Shown here: piece by piece, positions 38,025 to 52,414 of the stretch
How positions within the stretch are numbered: position 1 is the first letter of the stretch
How the letters are laid out: each line of letters begins with the position of its first letter
Source: Octopus vulgaris
Taxonomy: Eukaryota
Length of the DNA: 64,000 nucleotides
Direction: 5' to 3'
Assembly (NCBI GenBank): GCA_951406725.2
Contig: OX597822.1
Location: forward strand, 72,292,001 to 72,356,000
Made by a program: the position numbers and the translations under genes
Notes under the pieces: model-generated
Seen by the model: only the letters and a program-made list of their open reading frames with translations
Database searches by the model: none
What the model was told of the DNA's origin: nothing

Positions 38025-38325
38025 AACAAACTGAGATTGAGGAAAGAGCGATATAAAAAATGACAGAGTTTGGCCCAAGGAAAGACAGAGTCTGGGCCAA
38101 GACTGAGAACAGGCTAAATAAAGATGAAGATCAGACAAAAAGACTGATTCACCACGAAAAGACAGTTTCCAGACAGGAAAAAAGAACGTGACCGGACCAG
38201 AGCAAGAAATGTTAGAAACCAAGGAAAGCTCGAGACGAGACCAAGAAAAGACCGAGACCAAACCACAAGACGTTTGAGATGAGACAAAGAAGAAGGCGAA
38301 CTAGACCGAGAAATGACCGACAACA

Positions 38326-38389
<64 letters not shown>

Positions 38390-38645
38390 GAAATGAGATC
38401 AATAAAAACCGATACTAAGAAAAGATAACAGAATCCAGATCAAGAAAAGACTGAGACCAGATCAAAAAGAGGTTGAAGTCAGACCAAGAACTGTCCAAAA
38501 TCAAGAAAAGACTGAAGCGAGAGCGAGCAATTCAGAGACTACATCAAGAAAAAGCTGATACCTAGGAAGGACAGGGTCCAGGCGAAAGAAAGACCAAGAC
38601 CAAACTTACAAAAGTCCGAAACAAGAAAAGACCGTGACAGGACAA
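38025..38645 (+). repeat. Degenerate purine-rich minisatellite of AGACCAAGAAAAGACTG-like units with an internal (GA)n
   Basis: CAAGAAAAGAC and GAGACCA words recur every 20 bp or so. Confidence 0.7.
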
Positions 38646-38934
38646 ACATAAGTGCGGCATGAAATAACGATATCTGACTTCTAATTGGAAAAACTTCGAG
38701 AAGCTTTCTGAAATAAATTAATTTTCAACATCGTAAGCTGTAGAACATGAATAAATGGATAGTGAACCAAAATCATTGTTGAATCCTATTCAAGGCCGTC
38801 GGTTGGTGATATTGGTAAATGCACTAATGAAAGGAGTTCAAACCGTGACGAAGCTGTCTTTCTTCTACTTAGAGTGTATTTAAGAAGATATTATATAAAG
38901 TATAATCCTTCTAATGAGATGATGTGGGTGTTAT

Positions 38935-39262
38935 TTGAGGGGGTTGCAGTATAGGGAGTTAGGTGGCCAGTTGCTAGGGGTGACGTGGTCGCAGAAATTG
39001 TCTGACAGCCATGACTGGATTCTCCTGCTGGTATGGCATGGTGCAGAATCCTGTTGCCTGACATAGGGTCTTCCAGCAGCCACCCTCTTGACCCAGGGCA
39101 ACACTCCCTCCTCCAGGCACATGATGTAGGTCTCAGTGTTGAGATGAATGAAGGCATAACGTTGCCATCACTAGTGATCACTCCAAACACCATGATGTTG
39201 ACTGGTTGTTTGATTTTTATCGCTCTTGGTTCATGTCCTCAGATTGACACCCAAACACCCTG
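38935..39262 (-). mobile_element. Tc1/mariner-superfamily transposase catalytic-domain fragment
   Basis: MVFGVITSDG...VLPWVKRVAAGRPYVRQQDSAPCHTS...WPPNS..CNPL. Confidence 0.85.
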
Positions 39263-39534
39263 AAATACTCATTGCAATTGTTTCGATAGATTTTTACATT
39301 CATAGTGCATAGGTCAGATGATATAATTAACATGTATTAATCATTATCATCCATTCAGGTTATAAAATGCACATCTTCAGGTGATTGCTTTAAATACGTC
39401 TTCGTTAGTTCATGCTGTCAATTCACTTAGTGTGAGACGGAATACTCTAACCAATACTGCTGAATACCCAAACCAAAATGTGTCGAAACAATTGTGGTGA
39501 TTTGAAATAAAGAATGTCGTTCTCTCCATTTTCT

Positions 39535-39611
39535 ATGTATGTATGTATGTATGTATGTATGTATGTATGTATGTATGTATGTATGTGGCTGCCTGTGTCT
39601 CTCTTTCTGTG

Positions 39612-39694
<83 letters not shown>

Positions 39695-39880
39695 ATCTGT
39701 ATGTATGTCTGTTTGTATATATATTCATATGTATGTTTGTGCTTGTGTATATAGATATATATTTATTGTACTTTGACAGGAAGATGAGTGACAATAACTT
39801 CAAAGTTTCAGCCTTCTATTCTTCGTTAGACTGTGCACAGGCCGAAACCTCGAAGTGACTGTCACCCATTTTGTAAATAA

Positions 39881-39975
<95 letters not shown>
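39535..39975. repeat. (ATGT)n, (ATCT)n and (TA)n microsatellites
   Basis: Direct reading. Confidence 0.9.
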
Positions 39976-39979
<4 letters not shown>

Positions 39980-40482
39980 TATAGATCGTTTATTGAATAC
40001 TATGCAAATAACGATTTTTTAATGTTAAATCATTTTTATTATAACTTGACACAAAAACAAATAAACAATATATATATGTATATACATGTGTGTGTGTGCA
40101 TATATTTCTGTACATTTGTATACACACATACACAGACACACACGCACAAATGTATATATACACGCACGCGTGTGTGTGTTCGTGTGTATGCAACACTTGT
40201 GATGTTGAAAATCAATTTGTTTCTGCAAGTTTTTTCATATCGCTTCAACTGGTAAATCATATCTCGGTATTTCATGTCCAGAACGTTGCCGCATGATATG
40301 TCATATCAAAGCAGACGACGCCACCACAGATCGTGTTTATACGGTTTTATGTGCGCGAGTGTGTGTATATAGTGTATGTGTGGGTTTTCGCACACATGTA
40401 CATACCATTCATATCTGCATATATATACATATTCATTTGAATTTATATGTGTATATATATTTGTATGTATATTATATGTATA

Positions 40483-40528
<46 letters not shown>

Positions 40529-42360
40529 AGTATATATATATATATATATATATGTATATGTATATATTGATATAAATGTACATATGTATATCTATCCATC
40601 TATTTATCTGTCTATCTATCCATCTGTCTATCTATCTATACGTATATGCATCGTATTGTAGCCTGGAACTTTTGTAGGAGGTAAATTGCTACATGACATA
40701 AGGTGTTTGATATAATACAGGCGTTCCCAGATAACTTTCTGGTTAATTCTTCGCTCAGGGTGCCTGCAATATCAGAAAATAAAAGGTTGTCGCTGAATCA
40801 GTGAGTTCTTTTTAAGAGGTCAAATCCCCAGACAGAATTATGTGTAGGTGAATACCGTGACAACTAGTATAAAAAGTATTGCAACTAGTATAAAAAGTAT
40901 TGAAATTTGTTGTGTATGACATACAGTTCAAGATTTGCTGAGGAAGACCAATTTTACTCTATGTTTTAGCTGACAGATTAAAGTTCCTCAAAAAAATTTC
41001 CACTCAAGAGTTGCTTCATTGTCAAACGGAACAAACAGTAAGTTAGCTTCATAATGTTTTAACGATTTTGCCTCCAGCATGCCTTAAGGCAACTGTAGCG
41101 TAAGGGACTAAAAGAAGGAAGACGAGCATAGGAATTCAAAAGATGTTGAATGAGAGAAAGCTTGAAGGACTCATTATCATAGTTCCGATGAAAAACACGA
41201 CGATGGAATTGAGTTCTAGAGTAGAGCATTTTCAGAAAGAAGCTACTAGAAAGAAAAAAAATAATAATAAAGGAATAGCACAAGGAATCTATTCACCTGC
41301 AAAAAGAAATGGGTGACACGTTTAAATGTCTTGAGAGAAAACCAAGAAGTTCATTAGAGCAATGACCATGGAAATACTTATGAAAAAGACACATCAATGA
41401 TACGTTTCGACGATGACTCAATGACTTCAATGAAGTAGAAAAAAACACCATCCATTTGACAACTCGATTCTAAATTTATCATTCGTTAAGAGCAAATGAC
41501 TTTGAGTATATCTTTGGTTAATTAAAATGATCCCCCTTTTTATTAAAACATGATATTGTGCCTTGTCGTTAGTGTCAGTGTTCCTGTTAAAATCGCTTCA
41601 TGTTTTTGATCAGTATCCTAACAGCGTGCAAATATCTATCATTATAATATGACTTTCCGATTTATCATAATGTTGTTATATATTAGAAGAGGTGAAAATG
41701 GGTGTTGTATTTTCAGGTTTTTCTCCTTCAACCAAAGATCAAAACAATTTTCGACGAGCTCATATTTTATCCTCAAATACATTCCAAGTCTCCATAGAAT
41801 ATTTGAAGGCGAAAAGGTCTTAAAATCCCCAAACGTTTAGGTATCATATTTAATGAGGCTATAAAGTTACATTAATATTCAATTATTCAAAATAAATCAT
41901 CATAAAATCAACAACGATTTCCCTTAACTATCTCATTGAAATTGTAGCATCGATGCTGGTTAACCAGTAACTCAGGTTCGATTCTGAGTTAAAGAAATTA
42001 TTTCCCTTATATTTCGGAAAACGTTTAATTTGTGCCTTGATAATCTTCAACATATATTTAGAACGATTAAGTTTGATATGGATATCTTTTTTCTTTTTCT
42101 TGTTTCAGTCATAGGGCTGTAGCCATTCTGGGGCACCGTATCAAACTGTTTTGTTGAATGTATTGACTTCAGCACTTATAATTTATGCCTGATACTTATA
42201 ATATCGGTTGCTTTTGCTAAACTGCTAATTAATGGAGACGTAAAGAAACGCACACTAATTGTGAAACGGTAGAAGGGGACAAACATAAAACAAGCACAAA
42301 GACACAGAGACACCTCGCCAATATGTATGTGCATACATACATACGTACACATATACAAAC

Positions 42361-42856
42361 CAACTCAAGGAATACTGGTGGAATATTCCCATCAAAACTT
42401 CTATTAAATGTAAACATAACAGGCCGGATATTGTTGTTTGGGACAAAGGGGCAACGGTATGTACCATCATAGAGGTTAGCTGCCCTTCAGATATAAATAT
42501 CTTTTGGAAAATCAAAGAAAAAGAGGATATTTATGGACATCTGCTTTGAAATCTCCAGCTTCTATATCCAGACTACGCGTTCATATTCATAGCAATAATA
42601 ATTGGAGCACTAGGTTTTGTTAGTAAATGCTTAAAGGAGAATCTGGATAAATTGGGATTTCCAGAAAGAGAAATCAACCAGCTGATTCGTACATTATAAG
42701 TGCAATCTGTGAGTGGAACAATAAAAATATGCAAGACCTTTCTCATGTTTCAAAAGCGAATTTGTCTGTGTTAACTACGTTCCAGTGATGGGGCCTTGTA
42801 TCATTGTTGGAAACCGGCTCTGTCCTCATTGGAAAATTTGTAATAATAAAAAAAAT
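42361..42856 (+). mobile_element. 3' end of a second RLE-type (R4/NeSL-like) non-LTR retrotransposon family
   Basis: EYWWNIPIKTSIKCKHNRPDIVVWDK...IIEVSCPSD.NI..K..EK...Y...IIIGALG with in-frame stops. It ends in TAATAATAA and an A-tail. Confidence 0.8.
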
Positions 42857-43187
42857 AGAAGAGACATACATATTTATATATACGGCGGGCTTTTTCACTG
42901 TTTCTGTCGACCAAATTCACTTCCAAGACATTGGTCGGCTGAGCTCAAATAGAAATGTGCTCAAAATGCCGCGCAGTGTAACAGCGTAAATAAGGTGGTT
43001 GCAAAGTGAGCTTCTTAACCACACAGCTATAAATTTTAACTAATGTCAAGAAATATTATGTCTGTTAGAATTATATTAATATTTAGGATAAATGAATTTA
43101 ATTATCAGTTTAGTAAATAAATAAATAAGTTAACGTAATATAATGTCTAAAAGTAACCACCTATTGTTCTCCTCCATTTCCTTATTG

Positions 43188-43247
<60 letters not shown>

Positions 43248-44116
43248 ATATATATATATATATATAGTCGAAACTCCATCACGATGTTGGCACACTGGTA
43301 GGTTACCAGTTGATACATACTCTATGATACATAACGCAATTTATAAACAACAAAAAGAAAAAAAACGCTCCGTTAGGTTCCAATGGAAAACCAAATTCCT
43401 TCAAGACACATGTCTATCAGCAGAATTTTGCAAGTCGTCATTTTATGAAAGCAGAAAAAAATACAAATAAGTGTAATTTTCTATGAAAGCTCTTTGGCGC
43501 CATCTATCGACAAAACACTCAAGCGAAATATGGGAAGATTTAGGAAGGTTTATTTAAAGCCAAACTATTTCAATGTTGGACGCAATATATCAAGTACATG
43601 TCACGGTTTTAAGCAGGATGAATACGAAAAACATGAATTGGCTGCTTAATTACGATCAATGTAAGATACAGTTTTGAAATGTCATTCAGAAAAGTAAAAA
43701 CTGAAAAGTTTCATTTCTTATAATTTTCTATCTTATATTTTATGGTGGGTAGTATTTTATGCCAATTACACATCTTTTTCAAAACTCAACATTTTTCTCA
43801 CTAACTACATCTCTTCGTATTAATGATAAATATTGATTAGGCAAACGCTTTTTTTCCCCATATGATAACTAGAAACATCAGCGCAGCTGAGTAGTAATAT
43901 CTCTGTAGATTAAAGGTCATCATTTTGGATATTCTTTCACTGATGAAGTTTTAGAAGACTAGAAACTAACCAGTTTCAATCCCACTTTTACTTCCTCTGG
44001 GAGTGATAAAAACTGTTGTGTAGCCACTTTATTTATTTTACACCGTGAAACTAAGACTATGTTTATTGAAGTATGTAATGCATTACTCTTATCTGTAACG
44101 ACTACACAGAAACTGT

Positions 44117-44480
44117 GGAGGTGCAATGTCCCAGTAGTTAGAGCAGCAGACGCGGTTTCGATTCCAAGACCGGGCATTGTGAGTGCTTATTGAGCGGGAA
44201 CACATAAAGCTCCACGAAGCTCCGGAAGGGGATGGTGGCGAACCCTGTTGTATTCTTTCACCACAACTTTCTCCCACTCTTTCTTCCTGTTTCTGTTGTA
44301 CATGTATTTCAAAGGGCTAGCCTTGTCACACTCTGTGTCACGTTGAATCTCCCCGAGAACTACGTTAAGGGTACACGTGTCTGTGGAGAGCTCAGCCACT
44401 TGCACGTTGATTTCACGAGCAGGATATTCCGTTGATCGGATCAACTGGAACCCTTGTCGTCGTAACCGACGGTGTGCCAC
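44117..44480 (+). mobile_element. SINE with the family A head and body but a different 3' half
   Basis: Aligns with 1413-1610 up to CTTTCTTCCTGTTTCT and then diverges completely. Confidence 0.8.
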
Positions 44481-45427
44481 GATCCAGAAACTGTTTAGTG
44501 AATTATGAAATTGTTTTGGTGGATGTCTTCTGATGATGTGGATGTGAATAACCTGCTGCTGAATTAAAAGTGAAAGTGGCTGATCATTCCACAGGCGCAT
44601 ATATCATAACGTGGTTTCCACGCTGAATCAGTGCAACTCAGAGCTACTTTATCGAATCGTTAAGTCCAGTTTTCAAGGAAGGTCATATATTGTGTAAATA
44701 AACAAATAGACGAATCTGTCTATAAAGTATGTATTTAGGGCAAGTTTTGTTTGACCATTTCTTAAATTTTCGTTCTTTACTTTTATCGGTCTTCAACTTT
44801 TATTTGGCAATTTGATAGAAGCGGTGATCACAACTACGAGAAATTTAGGATCTGTTTATAATCATATAAGGAAACTTGCAACAAAATAAACTGCTGCCAC
44901 ATCGAACGATTCTCATTAACTTTGTACTTACATCAAACCGGCAACTAATCTAGGCAATTTATATTATCTCAAACATACCTTTTATGAATGGCGTGCAAAT
45001 TTATAAACTTTGAGCACAGGCGAACGTCCGCTAAGATTAATGTACATTTGCTCTTATTCCTTCCCTTCTTTGTATTACTTTATTATTCTATTCTGTATAT
45101 ATTTTTGTACTATGTTCAGTACTTCGGATACGGATTACTTCCATTCTATCTTCCATCGTACCTTCTAGGATAATGTCTCCTTCTCTTAAGTGTAGGAATC
45201 TTTCGTTTTAATGTTTCCAATGTTGGTGGAAATTCTAAATTAAAATCAAATTGCTTCTCCTGCTTGCTTTTGTTTTGAAAAGTTTTTGCTGTATGTCCCT
45301 CTGGCAAAGTAAGTGATTTTTGAGTTGTTCAAATTACGTTGATGTTTTGCGTTAAGATCCTGAGCACTGTTTATTTTGTTAGTTAGTACTGATATCGTAT
45401 ATATAATAACATCACATGTACGTGTGT

Positions 45428-45446
45428 TACATATATACATATATGT

Positions 45447-45489
<43 letters not shown>

Positions 45490-45661
45490 TATACATACAT
45501 ATATATACACACATATATATATATACATATATATAGATATACATATATGCATACACATATATATATATATACATATATATATATGCATATATATATATAT
45601 ATGTACATATACATATATATGTGCATATATATATATATACATATATATATATTCATATATG

Positions 45662-45706
<45 letters not shown>

Positions 45707-45905
45707 ATATATACATATATATATATATATAGGTATATAAATATACATATATGTATATATATATACATATATATATATACATATACATATGCATATATAT
45801 ACATATATATATAGAGATATATATAAATATATATACATATATATACATATATACATACATATATATATGCACATATACATATATATATATATATACATGT
45901 ATATA

Positions 45906-45940
<35 letters not shown>

Positions 45941-46102
45941 CATATATATATGCATATATATACGTATATATATACATATACATATATACATATATGTATA
46001 TATATATATATATACATATATATACGTATATATATACATATACATATATAAATATGTATATATATACATATATATATATATAGGCACATATGTGTGTGTG
46101 TG
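45428..46102. repeat. Compound (TA)n array of about 670 bp
   Basis: Direct reading. Confidence 0.95.
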
Positions 46103-46307
46103 TTAGTTGTGTGGATAAATATATCGCTCTCTCACCTCACCCCTACAAATAGATTTATGTCATTATTATCAGAAGAACTACAACCGGTGAGAATTCACTT
46201 AGTGTCGGTGTGAGTGCTCAACCGTTCCAAAATAGATAAAATCAGCACTACGCATTAATACTGTTGACTAAGCATTCTCCAACTTGTAACAACCCGCTAA
46301 ATATTTT

Positions 46308-47155
46308 CGAGGTGCTTTCAAAAACTCTCCGGCTTTAGGTTTTTCCGCCAAAACTAATGTTGCGTTAACAAAATTCTTTGCATGGAAGGTGCCCCCACCC
46401 TTCCTGCGTGAGCATAAAAATTTCCGCGCCGGTAGGCCGCGTCCATTTCTGGCTGTTACGTCCAGAGTACAGATTTGTAGTGTGTACTCGTCGGCCTTTC
46501 GTTTTTACCGAATGCTTCGAGCAGACATTGCATCAAGTTTTGCCAAAACGTTGTGATATTTAAGCTCAAACCATCCAGAAGATTCAAGAGACCCTTGGCG
46601 ATGGTGTCACGGACAAACTTCAGATCAGGAAATGGCAGAAACACTTCAAACATGGCCACAACTCATTGGAAGGTGAAACACGCCCAGTCAGGACACCTAC
46701 AAGCCGGAATGAGGAGCTGGTTGAGAAGGTTCGGCGAACAGTCATGGAAAAACCGTCGTGCGACAATCCAGGATATTTCTCACAAAGTGGGAATAAGCAC
46801 AGGGTCAATGCATTCCATCTAAACGGAGGATTTGTGCAAGCGGAATGGGACGGCCAAATTCGTCTTCAAGACCCTGGCAGAGCAGTAGAAGCAATTCTGC
46901 ATGGAAATCGACCAGGACATGCTGGAGTGTGGAAACCAGGTCCCAGACTTCATGAAGACCATCGTAACTGGTGACGAGACATGGGTTTATGGTTTCTGCT
47001 CGATGCGTTTAGCCATCTTGTGTGGAAGATGCGGCTTACAGATGCAAACATTTTTATTCATGCCCTCGAAAGATGTCATCATCTTCCACCCAAAGGATTT
47101 TGCCCATTAGTTTTGGCAAGAAAAACATAGTCATATACTTTTTGAACACACCTCG
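46308..47155 (+). mobile_element. Internally deleted mariner element with both terminal repeats
   Basis: Left end CGAGGTGCTTTCAAAAA; right end TTTTTGAACACACCTCG|TA. Coding relics are EQRHCIKFC, R..R..TSRNEELVEKVR and FMKTIVTGDETWVYG. Confidence 0.85.
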
Positions 47156-50100
47156 TATGCGAGAGGATACCAATGTTTTACGGAAGTTAAATTGTTGTAG
47201 CTTTCCGTTAAGTTATGCAGTACGCCAGTGTAGATTTGAACTCATCATTTAAAATTCTCTAAACATTCGTCACTTATGTATTTCCATAATTCCCTTGGCT
47301 GTAGAATAGTATTTTCATGCAATACAAAATATATTTTCAGCTACATTGAGTTTGCTAATCAAAAGTTTAGTCACTGCCACGTTTAAAATACGATACAGCC
47401 ACTGAGTTATGCACCCCCAAACTTTTCTTGCTTCGATGACGACCACGTCAACTCTATCATTTTGTTCATTCTCATTGTGGATTAGGTTAAAAATATTTGT
47501 TCAAATTTGAACGATGAAATAAATGTGGAAAATATAACTGAGATAAAACTTAATAACCGTAACCCATTCATTAAAAGTAATTATTCTTGCCACCCGAATT
47601 TAAAACTTCTAATGGAAAAATGTTGCTTAACATAATCCGTGCGGAAAGTAAATGTTTATTTTTGCAAAATCTGCTTAATATAATGCTAGCCAACCGCCGA
47701 AAATAATTCAGGATTTAAATGTAATTTTAACAAACTCAAAGTTGATTTTTTCCATTATTTTTCTTTTCAGTGTTGCAATCTAACATTGAAACCTTTTTCT
47801 CATATAGACCATCCGCCACCCTTGTTCTCCGTGTCTCTCTCACGTCATGCACACACATACGCTTATATTTATTTATTTATTTATTTACTGTGTGTTTGTA
47901 GGTGCATATTTGTGTATGTATGTGTCTATTGCTCTCTAAATATATCATTGCATCTTACACTGTCTCTTTTTCCTTTTCTTTCTCCTACTTACACGTGTTT
48001 CTCTCGATCTGCTCCTTAATATTTATCCTGTCATCTCACTCTTCCCTTTCTCTCTCTTGACCACCTTTATTATAACGATTTTGTTTTAAATGCGTATTAT
48101 GAACGAACAAGGACTGCAATTTCATCTAATGTGATTTCTACTGATTAAATGGCATATTTCACAGCTCTTCGTGTAGGATTGTAATTATCCAGAACCGATT
48201 ACAAAAAGTAAAGCAACAAAATAATCTCACAAATATTTCCGATGTGTTTTCAATATGGCATCGTTGGTTCGAATGATAAACATAACTGCCCCCAAAAATC
48301 TATATATTTAATTAAATACTTTTGTAAATTCTGAAGTGAATGTAATATACTTCATGTCTGTTTCTTTTCTACTTCTGCAATATTTTATTTTCTATTTTCT
48401 AAAAAAAAAAAAAAAAAAAAATAAAGCCCAAAAATTAAATTTCATAAAGCACCTTTTCGAAATGGGTTTTACATTTTAGACAAAATCGTTCATTGTTTTA
48501 TTTGTTTTATATCCATTCATTGTTTTGTATGGAATTTCTAATTAAAGATATTTCGGTACAGAGTATCGATAATTCACTGCGACAATAATCGGTGGAAAAT
48601 AATTATTTTTCCCGAGACTTGATCTGATACAAGTCATAGATTTTTATCTTAAGGCAACTCACGACGATTATACAAATATTTTACCATTGTGATAATTATG
48701 GATTTCTTACATTTTTCTATTGTTTAGTCACGAGAGAAGGATTAAGAAATGACTCATTAAAAAGCTTCCGAGGGAGATAGATGGCAAGGTAGGAAGAAGG
48801 TAGAACCGAATATTTAATCCGAATGTTTGTAACAGATTGTACTCTGCTGAAGGCACCTAAACATCAAATGGTGCCTTTAAACCAGACAACAGGTAAAGTC
48901 TAACACCCAAGTAAGTTATAGTGGAGTTTGAACTCACAATATAAAGAGCTAGAACAAATTATGCCAATCCACTGATCGTGACTGCTATGTCATTTCTCGA
49001 ACCCGGGAAGTAAGGGAGAAACAAGACGGAGTTGACTTCAGTGAAATTTGAACTAACAATGCAAGTTGTCTGAATAAATTGTGTAAAGAATTTTTTCAGA
49101 TGTTCCAACCGCTACATCGGCGTCACATTTAAAGAATGGTCACAGTCGATTATATCGACCTCACTACTTGATTAATACTTTATTTTATCGACATCGAAAG
49201 GATAAACAGGGAAAGCTGATGGTGGTAGTATTTGAAATCCGAGGAAATATTAATTTCGTAATTTTTTTCGCTTAGTCAGTAAAGAGGACAGTGTTAATGA
49301 ACCTTTTCAGGGCTTCCAAGACTAGTAATCACAAAAAAAGTTATCCCCAAACCGGAAAATTTATCGAAAGCTTGCAACAGAAAACACTCTGCTAGAGCAC
49401 CCATAGACCTGGTGGTAATTTAATTCCGGCAACGGATCAATCCTACCCACTTCCTACAAAAATGCATTTACAGTACAATGTTAAAAATAGAGACTTACAT
49501 AAATGAGTTCACTCTCCTACACAGACACACACGACCATGCACAGTATCTCTTACAAAAATACACAATCATCTTACATACACATATTTGTTTTCACACATA
49601 GTTAATCATATGCATTCCCTGTCTTGCATGCATGAAGTATATGTGTAAAAGTGCAACGTCAAAACTATTTCTCAATAGTATCGTTAAATTAATTGAAGAG
49701 AATGTTTTTTTTAAATGAGATTCGATACAGGCTTGCGGACTAGTTTGTAAAGAGCATAGCTGTTTCTAAGATAATTTTAAAACTTTTTTTATTTATTTAA
49801 GAAGACATAGGTATCACGAGTGTTTTTGGAAAAAACTAGGGAAGAAAGATTTTCATTCTTATATCAAAAACATAGACATATCAAACGCAAATCTATTTGT
49901 TCAACTTGGTATCAAAACTACACGATAGCTTTGGCTCGTAGGGTCACTACCACCAGATTTACGGTGTACGGCATTAAACTTATTATAAAGCAGATCAATT
50001 GTAAGGATTGATTTACTGTATTCGAAGTTCAGTGTTTCAGTTTACCGCATTATCCGAAACCCCTCAGCGTAGATGGTATGCGTTTTATTTCTTCGTAAGA

Positions 50101-50582
50101 TGCTGGAATAGCATTAACATCCCAGTAGAATTTTGATATAATTAATATCAGTTCTTGAAAAGCATTAACTGACTGTGTTCCGTGTAAGAGGACCAACTCG
50201 AACACTCTTATCTCATGTCAACTGATGTACTGCCTTAGTCTGAAGCCTTTCATTTGCCATATAACGATGCACATACTTTGAAATATTTATAACATATATG
50301 AGAAATAAAGTACGTCAGTGAGAACAGAATATTGTAACTTTACGAACCATTGTCATTCAGATATAAGCGAGGATAGCGTCTGAAGAGATTAGAAGATGGG
50401 TAAAGATGTATTGTGGAGAAATCGTAAGTGTCCGGATAACCAGAGTAATTCAGTTACGAGGAGAAATAGCTATCGGAAACGTTTTGTGATTCTAGCTGAA
50501 ACACTTTTAAAATTAAAGGAGTCATTATTAATGGGACATTTTGAGGTGAAAGTAAACGTTTTTATATAAAGAGAGATGATTG

Positions 50583-50790
50583 ACGCGGCGATCTAGCAGA
50601 ACCTTAGCACGTCGGACAAAATGCTTAGCGGCATATTGTACGTCTTTACCTTCCGAGTTCAAATTCCGCAGAGGTAGATTTTGCCTTTCATCCTTTAGGG
50701 GGATCGATGAAATATGTACCAGTCGAGTACTAGGGTCAAAGTAATCGACTGCCCACCCCACAACTTCCAGGTCTTGTGTCCATAGTATAA
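50583..50790 (+). mobile_element. SINE family B, diverged
   Basis: Homology to family B. Confidence 0.75.
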
Positions 50791-51377
50791 ACTCTTAGAA
50801 AGCATATAAAGGGAGGTAATTGGATATTAGTGTATCATTAAAGGTATTCTGTTTTATTGATAATAAAAAGTAGTTTAAAACAAAATCACAGAGAGATAAC
50901 TCGGGCGTCTTAAGCACATAGTTGTAAATGACAGCAGACTCAGCGACAAGGGATGTAGTGGTGCGTTTGAGTCTCTCCACAGGAGAATCTACCCGCCATA
51001 GACGAACTTACCATGAAGCGTGAAAGTTTTGTTTCCTTAGCTTTTCCCGGCAAAAGATTTCTCATTACTTGTTGTCTTTGTAATTCAGAGTGAAGGCGTG
51101 TGGTCTAGTGTTTAGGGTGGTGAATTCAAGAGGTCATAGTTTCGGCTCCTGGACCAGGTGGTGCGTTGTGTTTTGGAAGCAAAACGTTTCATTTCACTTT
51201 ATGTCTATCAACCCAGGTGTAAATCAATAACCCAAACAAGAGACTGGCCTTCTGCAGAACGGGGAAATTGTCACCCTAGTCATTTATACGTCAAAGAAAC
51301 CTAATAACCGAATCTGTGAGTTCAAGGATTTGGGATAGTACTGTTTTGTTTTTGTATCGTTCGAACGTGTTACGGTT

Positions 51378-51446
51378 TGGAAGTCAGATTAGAACCCCGG
51401 CCTATTGATTAAGAGTCGATCTGCTACCAATCAGCAGCTCACTGCA
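51378..51446 (-). pseudogene. Degenerate tRNA-Lys(CTT)-like sequence (pseudogene or SINE head)
   Basis: The minus strand has the anticodon arm GACTCTTAATC and a decayed T-loop GGTTCTAATC. The acceptor stem does not pair. Confidence 0.4.
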
Positions 51447-52237
51447 TTGCCCTTTTAACCTACAGCACTATACTGCATAACTGATATTCAAAGTACTGCA
51501 ATAGGTCGATGTTGCCACGCCTTAATACTCCATATGGCATTCCTGCATAAAACTACAAAGGGAAGAGGAGGAACAAGAAGAAAGAAGGGGGGGAGGAGGA
51601 GAAGAAAAAGGAGCAGAAGAATGAAGAAGAAACAGAAGTTGCCGCAGCAAAAAACAAAAAAGAAAACTGATGAAGAAAGTGAAGAGAATAATTAAGATTT
51701 TCTCACACTCACTTACGTAGTCACGTTTGTTTAAAACCAAGAAATGAAGATGAGTGTACGGTATGGTGTGAGGAACGACGATTCTGAAATTTCTTAGTGA
51801 TCTGTATTCATATAGATTTGTTAGTTTCATTGAAGCATGTAAATCTTATCCCCCCCTCCGCTTCTTTTTCCTTTTTCTTTCTTGCTCGCTTTCTTTGTGA
51901 TTTTGTTTGTTTTTCTTGTTTGCTTTTTTCGGTTTTTTCATTTCTTTTTAAGCGAAAGAAGCCTCAGTGTATTTTCCATTCAGCATACTCGCACATATCT
52001 ATCTTCGTACATATGTATTTAATAGCTGAATCTTGTATTTCGATGAGTCTCTATAAACATTTTTGTCTTCATTTTTGCATTATTTCTTTCCTTTGCTCAC
52101 TCCACAACTCTCATTCTCTCAGCAGCTTGCTTTATATCTTTTCTATTTGTTTTCCTATGTATGTATAATTATATGTACATAATGCATGTATGCACACATG
52201 TATCTGTCATTCTTTCCATTGTATTTACATTCCTCTT

Positions 52238-52290
52238 TATATATATATGTATATATATGTATGTGTATCTATATGTATATATATGTATAT

Positions 52291-52330
<40 letters not shown>

Positions 52331-52365
52331 GTATATATATGTATATATATATATGTATATATATG

Positions 52366-52414
<49 letters not shown>

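Noticed and set aside
40861-40902. 21-bp tandem duplication (and a 24-bp one at 32203-32250) as an array or CRISPR-like repeat
   Set aside because: Only two adjacent units with no spacers, in eukaryotic DNA; ordinary slippage duplications.
41059-41310. Strong minus-strand acceptor followed by hydrophobic codons (VNRFLVLFLYYYFFSF)
   Set aside because: The frame stops after 16 codons and no suitable donor was found.
43940-43980. CTGATGA...GAAAC hammerhead-like string
   Set aside because: Stems II and III are possible, but no stem I pairing was found, so it is likely chance.
45246-46106. Long YI/IY/VC-rich ORFs here and throughout the ORF track
   Set aside because: They are translations of (TA)n, (TG)n, (TATC)n and (TATG)n microsatellites.
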